Shown one piece after another: positions 8,743-16,733 of a stretch of 57,949 bases of DNA. This DNA comes from a virus (taxonomy: Duplodnaviria > Caudoviricetes). The stretch is taken from the IMG/VR virus record IMGVR_UViG_3300043580_000084, positions 1 through 57,949 of that record; one strand, 5' to 3'. The stretch's first letter is position 1, and every line of letters begins with the position of its first letter. Under the pieces are notes generated by a model that was not told where the DNA came from, ran no database searches, and was given only the letters and a program-made list of their open reading frames with translations. A program made the translations under genes and the position numbers.

Positions 8743-9167
8743 ACGACTTCAGCGATCAGGGCCAGGTCTTCCCGGTCCACCCACAGGCCCAGGATCCCCA
8801 GGTCGTCAGCACTGAACAGGCCATCGCGGTAGCGGGCCATCAGGATCTCGTGGGGTACGCCCAGTTGCCCGGCCACCTTGTGCAGCGGGGTCAGGGTCGA
8901 CACGTCACAGTCGTACTCGGCCAGGTAGTCCAGCTGGCGTCGGGCCAGGAGGAGGAAGCGTCCGATCCGCTGGCAGGTGCTGCGGTACACGGTGACCTCG
9001 CCGGACTCCCACGTCTTGTAGGTGGCCTGAGACGTGCCCAGGAACTCGGCCATGGCGTTGTGGGACAGGCCGAGGCGTTCCCGCATCGCCTTCAGCTCAC
9101 CGTTCTCCCAGGCGTACCGACCGTAGGCTTCAATCTCAGTGTCAGGCTCCACAGGCCCCCCTCTCAC
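8739..9167 (-). CDS. XRE-type HTH DNA-binding protein
   Basis: LKAMRERLGLSHNAMAEFLGTSQATYKTWESG. Confidence 0.8.
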   Translation of the reverse strand: MRGGPVEPDTEIEAYGRYAWENGELKAMRERLGLSHNAMAEFLGTSQATYKTWESGEVTVYRSTCQRIGRFLLLARRQLDYLAEYDCDVSTLTPLHKVAGQLGVPHEILMARYRDGLFSADDLGILGLWVDREDLALIAEVV

Positions 9168-9196
9168 GAGAGATCACCATAGACCACGGGTCCGAC

Positions 9197-9240
9197 AGAA
9201 AGAACCCCCCCTGCCGATGACAGGGGGGGGTTCTTTTTCT
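9197..9240. terminator. intrinsic terminator downstream of the tRNA operon
   Basis: aaagaacccccc..ggggggttcttt. Confidence 0.8.
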
Positions 9241-9245
9241 TGCAG

Positions 9246-9330
9246 TGTCAAAGGGGGGACTCGAACCCCCACACTCCGTGTGGAGTACCAGCACCTCAAG
9301 CTGGCGCGTCTACCGTTCCGCCACTCTGAC
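9246..9330 (-). tRNA. tRNA-Leu(GAG)
   Basis: Cloverleaf with long variable arm; ccagc-ttGAGgt-gctgg; GTTCGAG T loop. Confidence 0.9.
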
Positions 9331-9527
9331 CTACCAAGTTCGTGGGGGTCGGGCCCCAGAGAGGTAACAGGCCCGACCCCACACAGGTGATCAGTGGTCC
9401 TGGGGAGATCACACCTATCCCCGCGGGGCAGCACCTGCCTCCGAACCCTGGACCGACCCCGGTTCGAAGACTGTCTCGTTGGTGCTGTGGACCCGTTAAG
9501 CATAAAACCAGCCCGTACGTCTGGCAC

Positions 9528-9601
9528 TGGTGCCCAGCCGTGGAGTTGAACCACGTCTTGTGCTTTTTGAGAGCCACCGTGCATGCCTACACCAACCGGG
9601 C
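9528..9601 (-). tRNA. atypical tRNA-like gene, loop ctCAAaa, bulged anticodon stem, encoded CCA
   Basis: Acceptor gcccggt/gctgggc-ACCA; T arm cgtgg-ttcaact-ccacg; short variable loop. Confidence 0.7.
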
Positions 9602-9678
9602 TTGACAGTGGGGGAGCAGACCCCCCACTGCGACGGAACACACGGGACGGTCTAGATACCGTGCTTCTCGCTACCAGA

Positions 9679-9708
9679 ACGATACCCCTCCCCGGGGGGT
9701 AGACGCAA
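9679..9708 (-). promoter_or_regulatory. promoter TTGCGT-18-TATCGT for the RNA operon
   Basis: Hexamers with CCCCGGGG in spacer. Confidence 0.6.
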
Positions 9709-9756
9709 CCCGTGTCCAGAAGTTCCGGTTGCTCCGGATAGACGTAGCATGATCAC

Positions 9757-11196
9757 GTGGGGCTGTCCCTCAAAGAGCGTGTCGCACTCCTGCCCAGTGA
9801 CCAGAAGGTCGCCTGGGTCTCCTCTCTGCCCGACACCGTCCTCGAAGAGATACAACGCGGCGAGTGGTGGTGGACTTCCCGGCCAGAGCAGGTACCACCG
9901 ACCAATCTGCCCTGGCTGATCTGCCTGGCCCTGGCCGGGCGGGGATTCGGGAAGAGTCGTGCCGGTTCGGAGTGGATCGTGGACAGGGTGTTACGGCACC
10001 CGTTTGACCGGCATGGGGTCCCCACCGAGTGGCTCGTGGTGGCGGACACTCTGGCCGACGCCAGGACCATCAATGCCGAAGGTCCCAGTGGTCTACTCAA
10101 CGTGCTGCGTCGTCGCAAGATCGATCACCGGTACAAGCAGAGCCCGCGGCCCATGGTCCTGTTCCCGGACGGGGCCAAGATCTACCTGGAGGGGGCCGAT
10201 GATCCAGACACCGGGCGAGGCTACAACGCCGCTGGAATCCTGTGCGATGAGATGGCTAAGTGGATCAAGCCCTATGAGACTTGGTACGAGGGACTTCTGC
10301 CCTCACTGCGAGCTGACCTCGTGGGAGACCACCCCCGAGCGTTCGTCACCACTACCCCCAAACCCATTGCTTTGCTTGAAGAGTGGGTCACCCGTACTGA
10401 CGGAACAATTCATATCATCGTGGGTTCAACCTTCGACAACGCCTCCAACCTGAGCACCCAGGCCCTGGCCGAGATGAAGCTCCGGTACGACGGCACCACG
10501 CTGGGCGACCAGGAGCTGTACGGGAAGCTGCTCGACCTCGGCATCGGCGGCCTGTTCCGGCGCACCGACATCGCCAAGAACCGGGTGGCCTCCGACCAGG
10601 TACCGGAGGCCATCGTCTCCACGGTGGTGGGCTGCGACCCGAACCTCACCGGAAACGATGCGAAGTTCGGCATCGTTGTGGCCTGTCGAGATACTGAAGA
10701 CGAGCTATACATACTGGCTGATTGTTCTGTTCCGGAATCTGGTAGGCAAGCTGCGCTGGCCGTGTGGCGGGCCTGTGCCGAATACCGGGCCGACCTGGTT
10801 CTCTATGAAGAGAACCTTGGCAAAAGGTTCCTGCGGGAAGTTCTCGAAGACGCGTACAAGGAATGTCGAGACAAGGGGATGTTCCCCAAGCACACCTCCG
10901 CCCCCCTGGAATCCGTGCACGCGAAGCACGGCAAGAAGACGCGGGCCGAGCCGGTGGCGATGCGGAATCAGCAGGGGCGCCTGCACATGGTCGGGTACCA
11001 CGACGAACTGGAGAAAGAGATGGTCCGGTTCGACCCGGCCTCTACCCAGGAGTCACCGGACCGCATGGACGCCATGGTCCACGCCTGCCTGAAGCTGATG
11101 TCCGGGGAGAAGAAGCGGATGCGGGTCGGGAATGCCTACGACTACGACTTCCAGTTGAGCCAGGACCTCTATGGGCTGGATTCACTCGGGTTCTAG
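9757..11196 (+). CDS. terL: terminase large subunit
   Basis: AGRGFGKS Walker A, LCDE Walker B, TTTPKP, GCDP nuclease start, SPDRMDA. Confidence 0.95.
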   Translation: MGLSLKERVALLPSDQKVAWVSSLPDTVLEEIQRGEWWWTSRPEQVPPTNLPWLICLALAGRGFGKSRAGSEWIVDRVLRHPFDRHGVPTEWLVVADTLADARTINAEGPSGLLNVLRRRKIDHRYKQSPRPMVLFPDGAKIYLEGADDPDTGRGYNAAGILCDEMAKWIKPYETWYEGLLPSLRADLVGDHPRAFVTTTPKPIALLEEWVTRTDGTIHIIVGSTFDNASNLSTQALAEMKLRYDGTTLGDQELYGKLLDLGIGGLFRRTDIAKNRVASDQVPEAIVSTVVGCDPNLTGNDAKFGIVVACRDTEDELYILADCSVPESGRQAALAVWRACAEYRADLVLYEENLGKRFLREVLEDAYKECRDKGMFPKHTSAPLESVHAKHGKKTRAEPVAMRNQQGRLHMVGYHDELEKEMVRFDPASTQESPDRMDAMVHACLKLMSGEKKRMRVGNAYDYDFQLSQDLYGLDSLGF

Positions 11197-11229
11197 CCCT
11201 TGTGATCGACGGGCCTTTAGAGTAATGGC

Positions 11230-11517
11230 GTGATCGTTGTTTCCCTGGTCGTTGCTGCCTTAGCAGTAGCCCGGATTACCCGGCTACTCACTGAGGACTT
11301 CCTGACCGTGGGGTACCGGCGCTGGGTGGTCACACGCTGGGGTCCTGAATCGAAGATGTCGTACCTGGTGCACTGTGCCTGGTGTACCAGTGCCTGGATA
11401 GCCCTCCCGGTTATGCCGGTGGCCGTCCTGTTCCCGAACGTCTGGGTTATAGCAACTCTTGCTATACCTGCCGCGTCCCATGTGGCCGGGCTCCTCAACA
11501 CCACCAGCAAGGAGTAA
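11230..11517 (+). CDS. DUF1360-like membrane protein
   Basis: RITRLLTED..LVHCAWCTSAW. Confidence 0.75.
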   Translation: MIVVSLVVAALAVARITRLLTEDFLTVGYRRWVVTRWGPESKMSYLVHCAWCTSAWIALPVMPVAVLFPNVWVIATLAIPAASHVAGLLNTTSKE

Positions 11518-11522
11518 CCCCC

Positions 11523-13424
11523 GTGGCCCTGGGTCGGCGCAAAGCCATCGAGGCACCAGTCCCTGACGCTGTGCACAACTCGGGGGCCAGCCTTGTGGCG
11601 TCCGCTTCCCGGATACGCAACCTGGAGGGACGGGCGTGGCAGATCTACAAGTTCGGCGACCAGTCCTGGCAGACGGAGATCTGGCGCCTGTACGACGTCA
11701 TCGGGGAGCTGCGCTTCCTGGCTGACTGGATCGGGTCGGCCTGCTCCCGGGTGCGTATCTACGTGGCCGAGGTTGACAAGAATGGACGGGTTCAGAAGGA
11801 GTGCACCAAGCCGAAGGTGGCTGGCCTGGCGGACACCCTGTTCGGGGGGCCGACCCAGAAGCAGGAGGCCATCCGACTGCTGGGGATCAACCTGACCCTG
11901 GTGGGGGACGCGTACATCATCGGGCGCGGAACCAGTGACCCCGAGTCGGACGAGTGGTTCGTCCTGTCCTGCTCGGAGCTAAAGAAGTACACCCGCACCG
12001 GGGTCATTGAGATGACCAACTACTTCGGCGAGCCGGAGAAGCTGAACCCCGAGACAGACATGATCATCCGGGTCTGGACTCCACACCCGCGGCGCACCAT
12101 GTGGGCCCAGTCCCCCACCCGGGCCGCCATGCCGATGCTGTGGGAGATCGAACGGCTGACCCGATACGTGTTCAGCCAGATCGATTCCCGGCTCGTCTCC
12201 GCGGGTCTGCTGCCCATCCCGAAGGAGGTCAGCTTCCCGGACGAGGACGCCGACATCCCCGGCGCCGAAGGCCTGACCCAGGCGATCATGAAGGCCGGCT
12301 CGCGTTCCTTGAAGGGTGAAGGCACCGCCGCCGGGGTCATCCCCATGATCGTGGAGATGCCCCTGGAAGCGCTGGGGAAGATCGATCTGATCCAGTTCGG
12401 CTCCGAGCTGTCCCACCAGGCCCTGGAACTACGCCAGGAAGCACTCCGTAGATTCGCCACCTCCATGGACGTGGACCCTTCGATTCTCAGTGGAGCCGGA
12501 GAGGCCAATCACTGGGGGGCCTGGCAAATCATGGAGGGGCAGATCAAGGTTCATATCGAACCATTGATGACCCGTATCTGTGACGCCATCACCAAGGCCT
12601 ACCTCATCCCGGCCCTCAAGGTCATCAAAGAGGACCCGGACCGCTACGTCTTCTGGTACGACACCGCACCCCTGGTCGTGCGCCCCGAACGGGGCAAGGA
12701 AGCTCGCGAGATGTACAAGGAAGGGATCGTCAGCCGGGAGACGGTCATTACCCTCAACGACCTGAAGCTCAGTGACGTACCCGAAGAGGAAGAGGACAAC
12801 AAGCTCTTCATTCGGGAACTGATGCTGCGTGACGCCAACCTGTTCCAGGTCCCCGCTGTCCGGAAGCTGGCCGGGATCTCTGACGAGCTACTGCCACCGG
12901 ACACGGTCTTTCCCCAGCAGGGTGGGGCCGGGCCGCCTCCTCCACCGGCCCCACCCACCGGGATCTCCACCGTGCCAGGCCAGGCACTGCCCGCCGACTC
13001 GCAGTCCCAGAACGCACCCGGTGGCCCGCCGCCGGCCACTGCCCCCGCCGGCCTGGCCGCGTCCGCCTCGGTCGCGCCCATCAACCTGTTCGTCATTGCC
13101 AACGCGACGGTCCTGCGAGCCATGGAGCTGGCCGGGAAGAGATTGGCGGGCAACTCCCACCGGCACCAGTTCGCCTGCCCGGCCTACGAGTTCCACACCA
13201 AGATCAAGGTAAATGGTGACGACCACGCGGTCCGGCTCCTCAACGGGGCCTGGGACCACCTCACCGTCCTGGCCGAGCAGGTCGACCCGACCCTGGATGT
13301 CACCGGACTCAAGGCAGCGCTGGATCAGTACTGCTCCACCCTGTTGACCCGCGGTATCCCGCACCGGGTCGAGCTGCTGGGCGAATACCTGAACAAGTCA
13401 GGGTTCCTCAATGCCACGCCGTGA
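11523..13424 (+). CDS. portal protein
   Basis: Position after terL; WQTEIWRLYDVIGELRF, ANHWGAWQI; AAGGAG RBS before GTG11523. Confidence 0.85.
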   Translation: MALGRRKAIEAPVPDAVHNSGASLVASASRIRNLEGRAWQIYKFGDQSWQTEIWRLYDVIGELRFLADWIGSACSRVRIYVAEVDKNGRVQKECTKPKVAGLADTLFGGPTQKQEAIRLLGINLTLVGDAYIIGRGTSDPESDEWFVLSCSELKKYTRTGVIEMTNYFGEPEKLNPETDMIIRVWTPHPRRTMWAQSPTRAAMPMLWEIERLTRYVFSQIDSRLVSAGLLPIPKEVSFPDEDADIPGAEGLTQAIMKAGSRSLKGEGTAAGVIPMIVEMPLEALGKIDLIQFGSELSHQALELRQEALRRFATSMDVDPSILSGAGEANHWGAWQIMEGQIKVHIEPLMTRICDAITKAYLIPALKVIKEDPDRYVFWYDTAPLVVRPERGKEAREMYKEGIVSRETVITLNDLKLSDVPEEEEDNKLFIRELMLRDANLFQVPAVRKLAGISDELLPPDTVFPQQGGAGPPPPPAPPTGISTVPGQALPADSQSQNAPGGPPPATAPAGLAASASVAPINLFVIANATVLRAMELAGKRLAGNSHRHQFACPAYEFHTKIKVNGDDHAVRLLNGAWDHLTVLAEQVDPTLDVTGLKAALDQYCSTLLTRGIPHRVELLGEYLNKSGFLNATP

Positions 13425-14133
13425 GGATGAGGAGAACCTACGAGGGGTAGTAGCCGGTGCTCTGCGGAACTGGTTGGCGAAGGCGCGGTCGGCGGCTATG
13501 GCTCCCTGGCGTCAGCACAAGATCCCACCGGACCCGACAGCCATCTACTCCACGCAGCAGGACTGGCAGGGTGAGCTTGAAACCATCCTCACAACTATTG
13601 GTCGCATTGCCCTCTCGGCGTGGTCCGAGGCCACTGATGTTCCGCCAGTATCAAGGCACAGTTTCATCGTCGCCTCGCTCGCTCAGACGGAGAACCTTCT
13701 GGTCCGGATACCAGATGAGGTCTACAACCTCGTATTCGCCGAGTTGGCTGACGGGACTAACAGTGGCGAATCACTGGAGCAGTTGGCTGAGCGCGTGGAC
13801 CGTGTACTCGCCTACACGGACTCCGATCGGTGGCCAAACCGGGCCAAAGTAATTGCCCAGACAGAGACCACCCGTGCCTACGGTGCAGGGACCTTGGCAG
13901 CGGGGATGGAGATGTCCCGGGTGACCGGTCGGCTGTTGAAGAAGCGCTGGGACACCCAGGATGATTTGCGTGTACGGACTCCACACCGGGAAGTCGACGG
14001 TGAAACGCGAGACTTGAGCATGCCGTTCTACATGGACGACTTCCCAATGATGTTCCCAGGTGATCCAATTGCACCAGCGGACTTGGTCTGCGGGTGCCGC
14101 TGTAACTTGGTGATCGTGAACGAGGAGGGATAA
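13411..14133 (+). CDS. MuF-like minor head/morphogenesis protein
   Basis: RAKVIAQTET, KRWDTQDDLRVRTPH, FPGDP..CGCRC. Confidence 0.85.
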   Translation: MPRREDEENLRGVVAGALRNWLAKARSAAMAPWRQHKIPPDPTAIYSTQQDWQGELETILTTIGRIALSAWSEATDVPPVSRHSFIVASLAQTENLLVRIPDEVYNLVFAELADGTNSGESLEQLAERVDRVLAYTDSDRWPNRAKVIAQTETTRAYGAGTLAAGMEMSRVTGRLLKKRWDTQDDLRVRTPHREVDGETRDLSMPFYMDDFPMMFPGDPIAPADLVCGCRCNLVIVNEEG

Positions 14134-16724
14134 TGGTCGACCCGAACCCTGCTCGTGGAATGCCCGCAGCTTTGCAGCGTTACTGGCTGGTCGGAAAAGG
14201 TGCGGCAAAAATCCGCTGGCATATGCCCCACGATTTTGACCGTTGCGTAAGGAACCTGCGGAAGTACTTTCCAAAGAACCCGCAAGGACTATGTAACATC
14301 CTGCACCAGAAGGCAGTCGGCGCCCCTCCTGGCAAAGGTCACGGGCACAGCCTCACCGCCTCCATGGTCACTAGTGACGACCCCAAGTACCTGATCGCGG
14401 CCCAGGCCCTGATCGACAAGCAGCCAGAGCTGGGTCGCTACACCTGGGCCAGTCCCATGGCCCCCATCGGCCTGCCCACCGGGGAGCCCCGCAGGATCCG
14501 GGTGTTCGAGCCCAACTCCCTGACTACCCGGACCATGCCCCGGCCCCTGGACTGGCGCAAGGAGCAGGCGCAGGGTCACACCGGAGGCATCACTGTGGGC
14601 CGGATGCTCGGCTTCGGAGTGGGCCCCGACCACACCGGCCAGGACTGGGCCTACTCCTGGGGCGACTTCCTCAACGAGGACATCGTCCCCGAGGCGAAGC
14701 GTGCCCGGTATCTGGTGACAATGGGCGTCGCCGGTCCCAGCCTGGACCCGGGGGGGGCGGTCCATGTGGGCATCAACCCCGAGACCGGCGTGGAGCACTA
14801 CAACCAGTTCGTGGTGGGTGGCTCGACCCTGGTCTCCATCCCGGCCTACGCGGAACTGGGCATGCACGTGTTCGACGGGGACCAGGACTGGGATGACGAC
14901 GACGACGACATGCCCTGGTCCATGATCGATGACGACGAGGACTGCGGCTGCTCCGAAGCCAAGGCCATCACCGCCTCGATCAACTCCCACGGGTGGAAGG
15001 GCAAGCCCCTGGCCGTCCGGGAGACCGTCTTCGACAACGACGACGCGGTCAAGCGGATCACCGCCTGGGCCAATGGGGACGCCAGCAAGATGTCCGAGGC
15101 GTTCCTGTACCACGACGACCGGGGCAATCCCCTGGACTCCACCTCGTACCGCATGCCCATCGGCGACATCATTAACGGGAAGCTGACCCTCATCTTCCAT
15201 GCCATCTATGCGGCGGCGGCCCTGCTGTCCGGCGCCCATGGTGGCCTGCCCAACGTTCCGGAGAAAGACATCGAGGGTGCCCGGAACGTCATCTCAGAGA
15301 TTTACGCGATCATGGCCCGGGAGTTCGGAGACAACAACATCCGAGCCCCCTGGGACCGGTCCGGTGCACCGGGAGTACAGCTGAGCATGGACAGCTACGC
15401 CGCCACAGAGCCCTACGGGGATGTCAACTACGCCGACCCTGGCTACCGCGACAGCAAGAAGCGGTACCCGATCGACACCCCTGAACACATCCGGGCCGCC
15501 TGGTCCTACATCAACCAACAGCAGAACGCCGGGCAGTACACCCCGGATCAGTTGAAGCAGATCAAGGCGCGGATTGTGGCTGCCGCCAAGAAGGCTGGCG
15601 TCCAGATCTCGGAGGACAGCATGAGCATGACCTACCCGGTGAACCCGCCGAAGTCCTGGTTCGAGAACCCGCAGCTAGCCGGAAAAACGAAGCTCACGGT
15701 TACTGACGAGGGTCACGTGTTCGGTCACCTCGCGGCCTGGAATGAATGCCATCGCGACGTCACCAATCGGGAATGTGTCATGGCTCCTCGGTCCCGCAAC
15801 GGGTACGACCCGTTCCACCTCGGGACTGTGGTCACCAAGGAGGGGGACACTCTTAACGTCGGTAAGATCATCATGGACACCCGGCACGCGGCGATCAACC
15901 TGGGCTACACGGCGACGGCGATTCACTACGACAACACCGGCGACGAGGTCGCCGTCATCCGATGCGGGGAAGACGACTTTGGCATCTGGTTCTCCGGTTC
16001 GATCGTTCCTGAAGCCACACCGCAGAAGGTAGCGAAGCTGCGCCGCTCCCCGTTGTCAGGGGACTGGCGCCGCGAACGTGGCGCCCTGGAACTCACCGCC
16101 GCTCTGGCCGTCAACGCCCCCGCGTTCCCCATCTACAGCATGGACAACGACGAAGTCCAGGCCCTCACCGCCGCTGGCTCCGTCTGGTTCAGTGACTTTG
16201 ACACGGCCCCGTACCAGCCCCCGCCGACCGGCATCGTTATGGACGCCATCAAGCGGGAGGTGGCACTGCACTTCGCCGCCACCGAGGAGCCGAAGCCGGA
16301 CACCAGTCGGGACGAGCTGGCCGCCCGACTCAAAGACCTGGAGGAAGACGAGGAGATCTATGCCCAGCGACAGCGAGCCGAACGTCTCCAGCACATGTTC
16401 TCCATGGACGCGGGCCCTCTACCAGGAGCTGCTCCAGCTCCAGCTACTGGTGTGCCAGCGCCTGTACCCGGAGCGCCCGCCCCGGCTCCCGCGAATGGTG
16501 CCCCTGTCGACCCTGTACCTGGAGGAGCACCGGGAGAGTCTGCTACTGATGCGGCAGGCATGGATGTCGACGCCTGGAACATCGCGGCCCAAGCCTCCGC
16601 CCGCTACCGGGTAGTCCGGGACCTGCGAGACAAGTCCGCGGGGTCCGCTGACGCCGCCAACCCGGCCACCCCTGACACCCCTGCCCCTGCCGGTCCGCCA
16701 CCCACTGCACCACCAACCTACTAA
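14133..16724 (+). CDS. multidomain capsid maturation protease fusion
   Basis: PLDW..GHTGGITVG..GPSLD protease-like region; YADPGY..RYPIDTPEHIRAAW (DUF6582-like); GHVFGHLAAW..LSGDWR domain. Confidence 0.7.
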   Translation: MVDPNPARGMPAALQRYWLVGKGAAKIRWHMPHDFDRCVRNLRKYFPKNPQGLCNILHQKAVGAPPGKGHGHSLTASMVTSDDPKYLIAAQALIDKQPELGRYTWASPMAPIGLPTGEPRRIRVFEPNSLTTRTMPRPLDWRKEQAQGHTGGITVGRMLGFGVGPDHTGQDWAYSWGDFLNEDIVPEAKRARYLVTMGVAGPSLDPGGAVHVGINPETGVEHYNQFVVGGSTLVSIPAYAELGMHVFDGDQDWDDDDDDMPWSMIDDDEDCGCSEAKAITASINSHGWKGKPLAVRETVFDNDDAVKRITAWANGDASKMSEAFLYHDDRGNPLDSTSYRMPIGDIINGKLTLIFHAIYAAAALLSGAHGGLPNVPEKDIEGARNVISEIYAIMAREFGDNNIRAPWDRSGAPGVQLSMDSYAATEPYGDVNYADPGYRDSKKRYPIDTPEHIRAAWSYINQQQNAGQYTPDQLKQIKARIVAAAKKAGVQISEDSMSMTYPVNPPKSWFENPQLAGKTKLTVTDEGHVFGHLAAWNECHRDVTNRECVMAPRSRNGYDPFHLGTVVTKEGDTLNVGKIIMDTRHAAINLGYTATAIHYDNTGDEVAVIRCGEDDFGIWFSGSIVPEATPQKVAKLRRSPLSGDWRRERGALELTAALAVNAPAFPIYSMDNDEVQALTAAGSVWFSDFDTAPYQPPPTGIVMDAIKREVALHFAATEEPKPDTSRDELAARLKDLEEDEEIYAQRQRAERLQHMFSMDAGPLPGAAPAPATGVPAPVPGAPAPAPANGAPVDPVPGGAPGESATDAAGMDVDAWNIAAQASARYRVVRDLRDKSAGSADAANPATPDTPAPAGPPPTAPPTY

Positions 16725-16733
16725 GGACTGACT

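Noticed and set aside
9174-9641. ORFs overlapping the 9.2-9.65 kb region
   Set aside because: Better explained by tRNA and structured RNA genes; the translations lack protein-like features.
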